Shown here in pieces: positions 29,392 to 39,607 of a stretch of DNA of 64,000 nt. Each line of letters begins with the position of its first letter. Positions within the stretch are counted from its first letter, which is position 1. The notes below the pieces were generated by a model. It made no database searches, was not told the DNA's origin, and saw nothing but the letters and a program-made list of their open reading frames with translations. The position numbers and the translations under genes are program-made. Source of the DNA: an uncultured delta proteobacterium (GTDB lineage: Bacteria > Desulfobacterota > Binatia > UBA9968); the NCBI GenBank assembly GCA_963771465.1, contig CAVYTU010000014.1:224001-288000 (forward strand), in the 5' to 3' direction.

Positions 29392-31827
29392 TTGTCGATG
29401 GGAAGAATTCGAACTTTAAAGTCAAAGATCCTGCTCTTGGTTCTGCTTGTCCTGTTAACTGCCACCGTTTTTTTTATTGCCGTTTCCAAGTGGGAGTTTG
29501 AAGGCGCGCTTTACCAGCGCGAGCAAGAAGCTGCTAAAAATGACCTTCAGCTAGTCCTACAGGCAATTGAGGATCAGTATCAGGATCTCGTTTATCACAA
29601 CCGTACAGTCTTAGAGATGCGCAAAGAGGCCATGAAAGATATCTCCGGAGTCGTAATCTCAGCCATTGACGGCTTCTACGAGCGCTTTAGCAAAGGATTG
29701 TTATCTGAACATGAGGCAAAACAGCAGGCGTTGGAACGAGTGAGAACATTTCGCTATGGGCGCAATGATTATTTCTTCGTTTATGATAAAGACTACACTG
29801 CCATCTCCCATCCAGATCCAGTCTTTATGGGCAAAAAACTCAAGGGCTACAGAGACGCCAAAGGTCTCTTGGTCGTTCAGGAACTAATGAAGGCTTCACG
29901 AAAGCAAGGCGGTGGGTTTGTCCCTTATTCGTGGAAAAGGTTAAGGAACGAGGAACCAAGCACCAAGCTCGGGTATGCCATCTTTTATCCGAGATGGCAG
30001 TGGATGATTGGCACGGGACTTTATATCGACGATCTTGACGTGGAATATCAAAAAAAACTCAACGCAATCGCCGCGCAATTGAAAAGCAGCTTTTCGAAAA
30101 TCAAGGCGCAAAATGGTGCTTCTCTGTTTCTCTTTAACGGAAACAAAGAGCTGCTCATTCCTCCCATCGAGTCCGGTGATCACATACCTGATTTAGATGA
30201 GTTCATGGAGGCCTCCAGACGCCCCAATCAGCCCTTTCGCTATCGGCTGCAGTCGGCAGAAACAAGCCCCAATGAGGTCTGGAGTCAAGCCTACGTCGTT
30301 TATTTTGCGCCATTTGATTGGTACGTCGTAGGGGCGTTTGATGAAGCTAAGTTGGAGAAACCAGGCAAGATCCTGATGCAAAAGGCGATGGTGTTTACGG
30401 CAGTCGCTTTAATAATAGACCTTGCGCTTGCCTACATGATCGCGGTGAAAGTTTCCCGTCCACTTAGCCAACTGGCTGGCTATGCCAAAAATCTGCCCTC
30501 GCGGGAGTTCAGGTCAGCACCCGACCCCGCAGTCGAGGAACTCTCGAGAGGAGGTGACGAGATTGGGAGGTTGGCAGAGGCGTTTTTATTTATGCAGAAG
30601 ATGCTTCAGGAGTATCTTGATCACCTCAAAAAGACCACGGCAGCCAAAGAACGAATCGAGAGTGAGTTAAAGATTGCCCATGATATCCAAATGAGCATGG
30701 TGCCGAAAATCTTTCCCCCTTTCCCTGATCGGGACGAATTTGATCTCTATGCGACTCTGGTTCCGGCAAGAGAAGTTGGCGGGGATTTCTACGATTTTTT
30801 CTTTCTCGACAAAGATCGTTTGTGCCTGGCGATCGGCGATGTCTCCGGCAAGGGAGTGCCGGCCTCGCTTTTCATGGCCGTAGCGAAGACATTGTTCAAA
30901 GCGACGACCACCGCCAGCAACGATCATCCGGATAAGATCCTCAGTCGCTTGAACGACGAATTGTGCAAGGACAATACGACGTGCATGTTTGTCACTCTGT
31001 TCGGCGCGATCTTAGATATCCGCACAGGGCAGATGGAATATAGCAATGGCGGACACAACCTGCCTTACAAGCTATCGAACGGGCAATCTAAGCAGCTTGA
31101 AAACACCAAAGGGACTGTGGTGGGCGTTATGGAAGACGCGAGATTCGAAAAAAATGTGATCGCTGTCGAGCCGGGGGATTGGATTATATTTTACACTGAC
31201 GGGGTAACCGAGGCGATGAATAATCATGAAGAACTTTTTTCAGAGAGCCGTTTGGAGCAGTTTTTGTCATCGCTCGACCCCAGCATTTCCGCTCAGGAGC
31301 TTACCCAGCGATTGGTCAGTGAGGTAAGACAATTCTCTAGCACAATGGAACAGTCGGACGATATAACTATTGTTGCCATGCGATATCGGGGTATAGGAAA
31401 TCATGCCCAAAGCAAAGTGACTTTAGATCTGAAGAACGAACGATCAGAGCTTGCCAAGCTAAATAATACATTGACTGAGTTTGGCCAGAACCACCAACTT
31501 CCCGACGCAGTTTTGTTTGCTATAAAACTCGCCCTCGAAGAGATCGTCACGAATGCGATCTCCCACGGTTTCAAGGACCGACGGGAACACCGCATTACTG
31601 TCCGTCTCTCTTTGGAACAAAGCGCTCTACTTTCTGAGGTGGAAGACGACGGGCCGGCTTTCAACCCCCTCGAAATGCTTGCGCCCGATACCAAGCAGCC
31701 ATTAGAAGAAAGACCGGTTGGAGGTTTGGGCATCCATTTGGTGCGCACCCTCATGGATGAGGTCAGATATCGACGGCAAGATGGTAGGAACGTGCTCGTG
31801 CTAAAGAAAAAGATCACAGAACTCTAG
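29392..31827 (+). CDS. Cache-HAMP-SpoIIE (PP2C) phosphatase fused to RsbW-like anti-sigma kinase
   Basis: YFFVYD..HP...WMIGTG Cache; DEIGRLA HAMP; VGGDFYD, GDVSGKG, YTDGVTEA, DDIT; EEIVTNAISHG, DDG, GGLGIHLV. Confidence 0.92.
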   Translation: MSMGRIRTLKSKILLLVLLVLLTATVFFIAVSKWEFEGALYQREQEAAKNDLQLVLQAIEDQYQDLVYHNRTVLEMRKEAMKDISGVVISAIDGFYERFSKGLLSEHEAKQQALERVRTFRYGRNDYFFVYDKDYTAISHPDPVFMGKKLKGYRDAKGLLVVQELMKASRKQGGGFVPYSWKRLRNEEPSTKLGYAIFYPRWQWMIGTGLYIDDLDVEYQKKLNAIAAQLKSSFSKIKAQNGASLFLFNGNKELLIPPIESGDHIPDLDEFMEASRRPNQPFRYRLQSAETSPNEVWSQAYVVYFAPFDWYVVGAFDEAKLEKPGKILMQKAMVFTAVALIIDLALAYMIAVKVSRPLSQLAGYAKNLPSREFRSAPDPAVEELSRGGDEIGRLAEAFLFMQKMLQEYLDHLKKTTAAKERIESELKIAHDIQMSMVPKIFPPFPDRDEFDLYATLVPAREVGGDFYDFFFLDKDRLCLAIGDVSGKGVPASLFMAVAKTLFKATTTASNDHPDKILSRLNDELCKDNTTCMFVTLFGAILDIRTGQMEYSNGGHNLPYKLSNGQSKQLENTKGTVVGVMEDARFEKNVIAVEPGDWIIFYTDGVTEAMNNHEELFSESRLEQFLSSLDPSISAQELTQRLVSEVRQFSSTMEQSDDITIVAMRYRGIGNHAQSKVTLDLKNERSELAKLNNTLTEFGQNHQLPDAVLFAIKLALEEIVTNAISHGFKDRREHRITVRLSLEQSALLSEVEDDGPAFNPLEMLAPDTKQPLEERPVGGLGIHLVRTLMDEVRYRRQDGRNVLVLKKKITEL

Positions 31828-31935
31828 CAGCTAAATCGGGCGCTCTGAAAGGGATAGCTATGCAAGGTCGAACAGACAACATCGGGAGTCTTCAGACCGT
31901 AAATTCGGAACGCACTTTTCCAGCTCTGCTCTGCC

Positions 31936-32557
31936 TTACCCCGCAGCGTTTAGCTTGGAATAGTTTTCAAGCAACCGATTTATCACCAGCTTGAGCAAAT
32001 AGAAACCGAACGACGGGTTTTGATAATAAAGCTGCACGACCCTTTCATGCGCAATCACTCCGAGGTCACTATCCGCTTCACAGATGGCTGTATCCATTCG
32101 CCGACCGTCAGGCGAAAATATTCCAATCTCCTAACACACTTCCCGGCCCAAGTGTAACACCGACACCAGTCAGGCGGATTGATCCGCTGAGCAGCAGGTA
32201 CATCTCTGTCGCAAGGTCGCCTTTCTCGAAGAGAACAGCGTTTTTTTTCATCGCCTTCCGAGTCATAAAAGGAATCAACGATTCCGTCGGGGGTTCCCCG
32301 TGAGACGCTTCGTGGACCTTACTGATCAGTGCTCGCATCTGGCGCAGGCGGATAACATTTAGAGGCAGCAAAATCGTGTGAAGAATCAGCACCGGATAGA
32401 GACGGCTCCCCACCGCATAAATGATGAACGCGACGTTACTCAGAATGGCGACGAACCTCAGGGGGATCATCATTTTCATGTAGAATGCGACAAAGACGAG
32501 GACCGAAGCAAAGTAACCACTGAGCTCGACCCAACCCACGTTCGCTAGTAGCCCCAT
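31936..32557 (-). CDS. Membrane-anchored cyclic-nucleotide-binding domain protein, frameshift near 32130
   Basis: MIPLR..AILSN..FI.Y, LPLN..RL, LFEKGD; continues in another frame as ...QLYYQNPSFGFYLLKLVINRLL to TAA 31936. Confidence 0.75.
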
Positions 32558-32941
32558 ATCTCCTCCTAGGCGGATGTCAGCGGCTGACTAGATAGGACGA
32601 GACATCTGTCCGAAGTGCCAGAGCCTGAACAGGGTTTTCGCAGCCGCGCATGTTGCCAGTGCAGCATTGGCCAAGTGCTGACCTTGCAAGGGAGTTCACC
32701 TCGGCGATAAGTTAGATTTGCTCGCCACGGAAAAATGGCCGTTCAACGAGTCGCTTTGCACTGAACATTGGTGACGACGAAGTCCACCCATGGGTCGATG
32801 AACGTAGGCAAATGTAGGAAGCAAACGGGTCATAACCGGCATCGAGCGAAGCATCGTAAACGACTGGCGCAAAGGGGCGTCCGCTCGGTTTTGCTTGCCA
32901 AGGCAGCACGTTTGTATAATACGTATGCCACAGGACGCACG

Positions 32942-33874
32942 ATGGTTTCACCAAAGCTACCATACCGGTTCGCCGTGGTGTCTGCGCTTCTCCTCTTCTG
33001 CAGCATTCTGAGCACCGGGACGATGGGTCAAACGCGGCCGCCATCCGATACAATTACTTTGGGAGTGGTTGCCGAGGCAAACGAGAACGCGGTGGAGAAG
33101 CATTTTCAGGAGTTTGTCGGGTACCTGGCGAAAAAACTTTCCTCCGATGGAAAGACGCAAGGCAGGGTCGTTGTAGTTGCCACGCAGTCTCGCCTGGCCA
33201 AGCTTCTCAGCGAGAGAAGGGCCGATTTTTATATGGAGAGTCCCCATCCGACGTATATCATCAACAGCGTATACGGAGCCGGCAAATTACTTCTCCGACG
33301 TTGGAAAGGCGGTATGGCCGATTACCATGCCCTAATTTTTACGCGCAACAACGGAGCAACCAAACGTTTGGAAGATCTGCAAGGAAAGATGATTGCGTTC
33401 GAAGATCCCGAATCGACCTCCGGTTACTTCTTGCCGAAGATGTTACTTTCGAAAAAGGGATTCAAGCTCGTGCAGATGAATCGAATCGAGCCCAAAGTCT
33501 CTCGCGGCGAACTCGGTTATGTTTTCGCCTCCACGCAGGACAAACTCGTGGATTGGGTTCTCAATGAACGAGTTGCCGCTGGCGCGTTTAGCAATGACGA
33601 TTATGCGGCGCTTCCGGACAGGAAAAAAACTGACATAACAATCCTAGCCGAGACTGCTAGTTTGCCGCGCCATCTTGTCTCGATTCGAAAGGATTTAGCT
33701 CCTGTGGTGGCGAATACTTTGAAAAAGATTCTGCTGTCGATGCATGAAGATCCCGAAGGGCAACGTATATTGCGACAAACCGACGGAACAACAAAGTTCG
33801 ACGCACTCCCAGGCGGCGAACTAGCAATAAGCCAACGGCTGCTCGATACCTTCTACGCTCCCGAAAAAAAGTAG
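32942..33874 (+). CDS. Phosphate/phosphite/phosphonate ABC substrate-binding protein (PhnD-like)
   Basis: DLQGKMIAFEDPESTSGYFLP, LPRHLV. Confidence 0.85.
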   Translation: MVSPKLPYRFAVVSALLLFCSILSTGTMGQTRPPSDTITLGVVAEANENAVEKHFQEFVGYLAKKLSSDGKTQGRVVVVATQSRLAKLLSERRADFYMESPHPTYIINSVYGAGKLLLRRWKGGMADYHALIFTRNNGATKRLEDLQGKMIAFEDPESTSGYFLPKMLLSKKGFKLVQMNRIEPKVSRGELGYVFASTQDKLVDWVLNERVAAGAFSNDDYAALPDRKKTDITILAETASLPRHLVSIRKDLAPVVANTLKKILLSMHEDPEGQRILRQTDGTTKFDALPGGELAISQRLLDTFYAPEKK

Positions 33875-34274
33875 CCCTAATGGTGGATACCGCGCGTAAA
33901 ATCCATCCACGTCTGACCAGATCGAACCCCCGCACCCACCCGATGAAAGCACCGCGGATTATGAGTGATGCTGATGATGCTTGCGGTTAATCCGGAATGG
34001 TGCACGATGCAGCGCACATCATATTGTTCGCCCAGCCAATGCTGCGTTGATTCTCATTTCTGATATTCGAGAGTTCCATTTCCGTCAGTTTTTGAGTTAG
34101 CGCCACAACATTCATGATAACTCATTTTTAGTTTTTCATACTCGCGACAGCACCTGCAATCGCGCAGCGATCCCGACACAGAAACTTGAGTCGTGCGGTT
34201 AACGGCGCAAAGTCGATGCCAAAAACTCATAGCGTGCAAAACTCTGGCGTCGGTTTCACGGTAAAAATGGCTCA

Positions 34275-35231
34275 TCACTCCCGCACCGCCGTCCAGCTTG
34301 AATCGGGATTGTACTCTTTGATGACCTTGGCAAGCGCCGCGGTATTGGGGCCAAGGTTTTTCTGAAAAACGCTGCCGTCATGATTGCCGATGAAAGTCAT
34401 CACCCCGGAGTTGCCATACTCTGCCGGGTAAGCCACCACGGCAAAGCCGCCAATCATTTTTCCTCTCCACATATAACTGTAAGCACCGCCTCCGGCGTTC
34501 TTTCCCTGCGCCGTCAACAATTTGTAAAAGTAACCATGGTAAGGCACCGGGGTTGAGGAAGTTTTTCCATGGTACCCTTCGCTCTTCGCCCGCGTCATGA
34601 TCGGACCGAGGGGGCTCTGCGGCTCGCCTTGCTTTGACTCCCAATATAACCCGTTCTTTTTCCCTGGATCGCTCAGGATCTTCTGAGCGTACTCGAGGAG
34701 TCCGTCGCGGTTGCGGTCTTTGATCGCATACTCGCGCTCCGCGTCGACGATGGCGAGCAGCACTTGTATCGCGCTCAGCTCGTTCTCGCCGATGCGGCGA
34801 TTCAAAATTTCTTCCTTGCCTTGAGCTGTGTCGAAAACCCAGGCGTTGCCCTTTTTTACCAGCGGAATGGGAAAGGGCCACTCCTGCCTACCGACGATCA
34901 AGATCATGCCTTGCTTTTGGGTCGCCAGTCGATTTTTTTCGTCGTAGGCCGCAACGAATCGTCCGCGCCTCTCTTTGTCGGCAACCGCGTCGCCCGAGAT
35001 CAATATTTCTTTGGCTTGAGCTCCGAAAATCGCCAGCAGTTCTTTGTCGTTATCACTGCGCGCTGCTGCTATCGCAGCTTTGACCGCCTCCTCCGCTGAC
35101 GAAAAGCTTTTTTGCTGCGCCGTCGCTGCGAAGGACAGGCTGAACGCCATCAGGACCGTGGCGACAACCAGGAGAGGTGTAATCAGCCACATAAAGCCGT
35201 CTGGTTTTGTCTCTACTCTCGCAAACTTCAT
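34275..35231 (-). CDS. DUF2950 family protein
   Basis: WPFPIPLVK, RRIGENEL, GLYW, PYHGY, PAEYGNSGVMTF. Confidence 0.9.
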   Translation of the reverse strand: MKFARVETKPDGFMWLITPLLVVATVLMAFSLSFAATAQQKSFSSAEEAVKAAIAAARSDNDKELLAIFGAQAKEILISGDAVADKERRGRFVAAYDEKNRLATQKQGMILIVGRQEWPFPIPLVKKGNAWVFDTAQGKEEILNRRIGENELSAIQVLLAIVDAEREYAIKDRNRDGLLEYAQKILSDPGKKNGLYWESKQGEPQSPLGPIMTRAKSEGYHGKTSSTPVPYHGYFYKLLTAQGKNAGGGAYSYMWRGKMIGGFAVVAYPAEYGNSGVMTFIGNHDGSVFQKNLGPNTAALAKVIKEYNPDSSWTAVRE

Positions 35232-35311
35232 TTTCCCCTCCATCCGAGCTTGTCGTAATCGTGCGCGTGGCTCGTGTTCATTGATGATCGCGAACATGTT
35301 CAACGTCGTAA

Positions 35312-36568
35312 TTACCGGCGTCGTCCCCCGCCACCACCTCCTCCTCCACGACCGCCACCACCACCCCCTCGGCCACCCCCACCGCCGCTAAAGCTTCCCC
35401 GGCTAGCGCTGCCGCGCTGGCTCGCGCGGCTTGCGGCGCTGCCGCCGCGATCGACGCCGCTGAAAGCGCCGCCGCGGCTTCCTGATCCGCCGCCGAAGTT
35501 GCTCGCGCCGCCGGGGCTACCTGCTCCGCCGCGGTCACCCAGTCCACCCTGTCCTCCGCGATCGCTAATATTCGCGCGATCGCTTACGCCGCCGCGCCCA
35601 AGATCCTGCCTTCCCTGTTCCGCGCGTCCACGAAACTGCTCTCGCGACCTAATCGCATCATTGGTGCTCGCACGGTTAAATTTCTGCGACGTTCCTTGGT
35701 CACGATAACTCACACCTTTGCGATTTTCGGGATTATGCTGCCATTTGCCCTGACCCCTTTGATTGACCTGCCCCCTATCCTGTAACTTCTGCTTGGCTTG
35801 GTCTCGGTTGATATTGCGATTGATATCGGTGTTGCGATTGACATCGATGTCGACATCCCCGCCATTCCAATTGCAATTGCCCCACGCATAGCCCCACGCC
35901 GCGCCCATGGCCATGCCTGCACCAAACCACATCATCGAGGAAGCGACGTAACCGGGTGGATAATAGTAGTACGGCGGATACGCTGGATACGGCCAAGCGC
36001 CGTATACAACTGTGGGGTTATACGTCGGCACGTAAACGACTTGGGGATTCGCGGGTTCTATCTTGATGATATTTTCCTCAACAATGACCGTTTGCTCTTT
36101 TGTGGTTTGGAGATTGCCGGATGCTTGAGCCTTGGCTCGCAAGCTCTGAATCGTATCCAGAACCTTTTTTTGATCTGCCAAAAAGGCGTCGCCCAGCTTC
36201 TGCGTCCAATCGAGCTTTTCGCTCATCATCGACAGCACCGGTGGAAAATTCACCAGGGATTTGACGCTGGCATCCCAGTCTTTCGCTTCGAGCGTCTTGG
36301 TCAACGCGTCGCCCTTAAGACTGGCGTTTTGTTTTGCCCAGCGTTCGGCCTGCACAACCTCGAGCGGATAGGTCGAGGCCATCAAGATCTGCGAAATCAG
36401 TGAGTCCGGGTAAAGCGCAATGGGTGCCAATATCTGCTCTAATTCTTCCGGTTTGAAGACGGCGCCATTGTTGGACTGCTGAGCGACAATTTCAGGTGGT
36501 ACCGCCAGTAGCATGATCAACAACCATGCCCATGAACGCATATACAGTTGTCTAGTTTCCATAGTCAA
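35312..36568 (-). CDS. DUF3300 family protein with Gly/Arg-rich tail
   Basis: LAPIALYPDSL..ASTYP, WDASVKSL, WTQKLGDAF, YVPTYNP.VVYG. Confidence 0.9.
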   Translation of the reverse strand: MTMETRQLYMRSWAWLLIMLLAVPPEIVAQQSNNGAVFKPEELEQILAPIALYPDSLISQILMASTYPLEVVQAERWAKQNASLKGDALTKTLEAKDWDASVKSLVNFPPVLSMMSEKLDWTQKLGDAFLADQKKVLDTIQSLRAKAQASGNLQTTKEQTVIVEENIIKIEPANPQVVYVPTYNPTVVYGAWPYPAYPPYYYYPPGYVASSMMWFGAGMAMGAAWGYAWGNCNWNGGDVDIDVNRNTDINRNINRDQAKQKLQDRGQVNQRGQGKWQHNPENRKGVSYRDQGTSQKFNRASTNDAIRSREQFRGRAEQGRQDLGRGGVSDRANISDRGGQGGLGDRGGAGSPGGASNFGGGSGSRGGAFSGVDRGGSAASRASQRGSASRGSFSGGGGGRGGGGGGRGGGGGGGGRRR

Positions 36569-36650
36569 TTTCTTTCCTTGACGCGATCATCCTCGTTTGA
36601 CATATCCCTCTAGCTTGGGTGATTTCAGGCAAGCCAATTTCTTTGCTACT

Positions 36651-36908
36651 TCACCCTGATGCGCCCAAAGTGAGCTGGGTGCCGCTTTGTTCGGGAGGCG
36701 TTGTCTTAAAAATCTCCGTGGTTAACCTCGTTGTACTAATCGCCGTCATCGCAATGCTGGCGCCCCCTGGCACAGCAGCCAGCGCCGCCGAGACCGTAAG
36801 TCCTCCCGCCCACGCAACCCGCGAGATCTGATTGAGCCGATCTTGGAGAACATCATTTCTGGAGTAGACGTCGACTCCGAGATCGTAAGCATACCGGGAT
36901 TGCGTCTG
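36651..36908 (-). pseudogene. Startless fragment of a hypothetical protein
   Basis: Manual translation RYAYDLGVDVYSRNDVLQDRLNQISRVAWAGGLTV; no start codon. Confidence 0.4.
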
Positions 36909-36953
36909 TTACGCGTGATCGCCGAATGCCGGGACCGCCTATGCGAGTCGTAC

Positions 36954-37778
36954 CTAACCTTTATTACTTGCCGAACCTTTTTCTTGTTGAGATAGAGCCA
37001 TAGTGCCGCGCTCTCCCAAGACTCGATGGTAGCAGTCTAGGGCCAATTTTTTTCGGCCCGCAGAATTATCTTCATACCGGGAGCACTCGATCTTCGGCCG
37101 AACCGTCACCACAGCCTCGATGCTACGAAGCGATAACAACTTCCAAAAGTGAGGCAGAAAATCCATTTCATCATAGCAATAGATCAAATCTCGATTCGCC
37201 TTCGAGACCGCTTTATCGTCAACAGACTTGTATACGAGAGTTACCGGTAGGATGATCGAGCGATTGCGTAACGGCGCCGCTAGCGGTGCGGTTTGAAAGG
37301 GCAACATCCGTTCGCTATTGGTGGCGTGTCCTTCAGGGAACAGCAGGATACTCGCTCCTTCTTTTAGTTTTTTGCTCATTTCCGCAACCAGCAAGGCCAC
37401 TTGGTCCTTCTTCTGGCGGTTGACGAAAATCGTGCCGCATAAGGTTGTCCACAGACCGATCACCGGCCATTTTTTGACTTCCCGCTTGGATACGAACACC
37501 ACCGGAAAGATGCTGCCCAAAACAAACCCGTCGATATAGCCCAGATGGTTGCTGATGATGACGTGATCGCCTGCCTCGAGTTGTCCAGCATCGCCGACGA
37601 CCGTCACTCTGATATTAAGGATCGCGCTCAGGAGAAACGTAAGGCTGCGCGTCAGGCGGCTGATAATTACCCAGCGATTAGGCAGTCGCAGCACGCTGAT
37701 CCACAGATGCACGAGGACCAAGAAGCAGGAAAAAAATGTCCACAGGGAAACAATCGCAGCTAATTTAGCCCATCGCAT
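36954..37778 (-). CDS. Lysophospholipid acyltransferase (PlsC-like)
   Basis: SNHLGYID, FVSKREV..WP, LFPEG. Confidence 0.88.
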   Translation of the reverse strand: MRWAKLAAIVSLWTFFSCFLVLVHLWISVLRLPNRWVIISRLTRSLTFLLSAILNIRVTVVGDAGQLEAGDHVIISNHLGYIDGFVLGSIFPVVFVSKREVKKWPVIGLWTTLCGTIFVNRQKKDQVALLVAEMSKKLKEGASILLFPEGHATNSERMLPFQTAPLAAPLRNRSIILPVTLVYKSVDDKAVSKANRDLIYCYDEMDFLPHFWKLLSLRSIEAVVTVRPKIECSRYEDNSAGRKKLALDCYHRVLGERGTMALSQQEKGSASNKG

Positions 37779-38152
37779 AGTTGAACCTTCGCAGCATACA
37801 CACAGGATCAAAAATTTCTGGGTAGTGTCTCAAAGTTGCCGTCCTCGAGTGTTTCTCTTCCTATAACTGATTGCAGACTTACCATGAAGATGTCGGACTG
37901 CTCCAGCAGGCCGCTGCGGGGCATCCAAGGAGAAAAGGCGATGAGATCAAATCCTAGAAACAAAGCCCAGCGCGTCGTCGGGATGACCATCCGGCCACAC
38001 AACTCTAGCACGATGTTTCCTTTTCCGCCAAACACGTTGACAAAGGACTTATTGCGTGACACACAAATTCATCATCGACTATCGCAATAGCCGTCAGCGC
38101 CGGTGATCATGGGGCGCGGAATGGTTGTCTGCAATACACCGGCACTGCAGGA

Positions 38153-39087
38153 TTGGTGGGACGGCAAGCCGAGATGATCGTCAACGACTACAAAGCCAAC
38201 GGTCGCCGGTCACTGGCTCGCCTTGAGGATGCCCTCGAACATTTACGAGAATTCTTCACTGACTACCGTGCGGTCGAGATCACCGGCGATAAAGTGACAG
38301 CGTATGTCACATCCCGCCAGGATGAAAAAGCTGCCGCCTCCACAATCAACACCGAGCTGGCCGCATTGTCGCGGATGTTCACCCTCGGCATTAGGTCGAA
38401 CAAGGTTGCGACCAAGCCGTACATCGGAAAGCTGGCGGTCAGCAACACCAGAAAAGGATTTTTCGAATGGGAGCAGTTTTCTCCCGTTCTCAAAAATTTG
38501 CCTGAAGACCTGCAACCCGCCATCGAGACAGCCTACATTACGGGCTGGCGCATTCACGACGAAATTCTTAGCCGCCAAAAACATCATGCTGACCCGAAGG
38601 GGAGCGGCTGGTTGCGGCTTGATCCGAGTGAAACCAAGAACGGGGAAGGCCGTAACTTTCCTTTCACGGCCCGGCTTGCGTGAAATCATCGAGCAGACAA
38701 CTGGAACATACCAAAGCGCTGGAAAAAGCGACGGGCCGCATCATCCCTTGGTTGTTTCATCGCGACGGTAAACCAATCAAGACTTTCCGGCGCTCCTGGC
38801 TCACAGCCTGCGTGAAGGCCGGGCTTGGAACAGAAATCAGAGTCAGCGGACGGCAAGCTGATCAAGAAAATCGGTAACTCGGGTTCCCCATGATTTTCGG
38901 CAGAACCGCCGTCCGCAATCTTGAACGCGCCGGTGTTTCCCGCAGCGACGCGATGAAAATGGTTGGCCACAAAACCGAATCGATTTATCGCCGCTACGCA
39001 ATATCCGATGAACGTTCCATGAGAGAATCCGCCGGCAAGCTCGACAAGTTTCACGCTGCTGATCAACGACAACAAAACTCAAAGTAA
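38153..39087 (+). pseudogene. Tyrosine recombinase/integrase, 5'-truncated and frameshifted
   Basis: TINTELAAL, TGWR..EI, TKNG; HDF/RTAVRNLERAGV...VGHKT..IYRRY catalytic tail split over three ORFs. Confidence 0.85.
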
Positions 39088-39163
39088 CTTGAAAGTGAAG
39101 TCAAGCTATATAATCGACATGGGATTGAACCGAACGACGCCTCAATAGATTCAGGTTGCGGCT

Positions 39164-39328
39164 CTAGCCGTCTCCGTTACCATTTGGTTCGTCACTCTCA
39201 AGAATATCATGTCCGCATTTCGAGCATTTTGGGACGCTACTCCCTTTTGGAACCAGGACCTCATGGTTGCATTTTTGGCAGCGGAGCTGTTTTTCTTCAG
39301 TCACCTCTTCACCCGCGAGAAAAAGCAT
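39164..39328 (-). CDS. Small zinc-ribbon protein
   Basis: AGE...CQKC...PKCSKCG; GGAGG RBS. Confidence 0.6.
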   Translation of the reverse strand: MLFLAGEEVTEEKQLRCQKCNHEVLVPKGSSVPKCSKCGHDILESDEPNGNGDG

Positions 39329-39607
39329 AGGCACCTCCTGGTTTTCCAAAAATGTAAAGTCTGAACAGACCACATTGGCATTTGGTAGCCACCCCAATGG
39401 AGCCAATCGTTGTGTGAGCTTGATACCAGAGCGTGATTAAGAGTCAAACTCGAAATCGATTTCTGGCGCAGAGGCCAAAGATCGCCTCGGTTTTGATAAT
39501 CGACGCAACGGACAAATGTCACAGATTGAGTCGTAGGAGAATTTAGTTCAATCCTAGCTGCTAGCCCCGAAAAACTGATCTGAAAAATTGCCTTGCTCAA
39601 AACGAAT

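Noticed and set aside
35312-35620. Gly/Arg-rich low-complexity repeat and antisense poly-Pro ORF
   Set aside because: Normal DUF3300 tail; the + strand ORF is its shadow
37808-38062. Small ORF upstream of the acyltransferase
   Set aside because: No recognisable motif; lies at the junction with the truncated integrase
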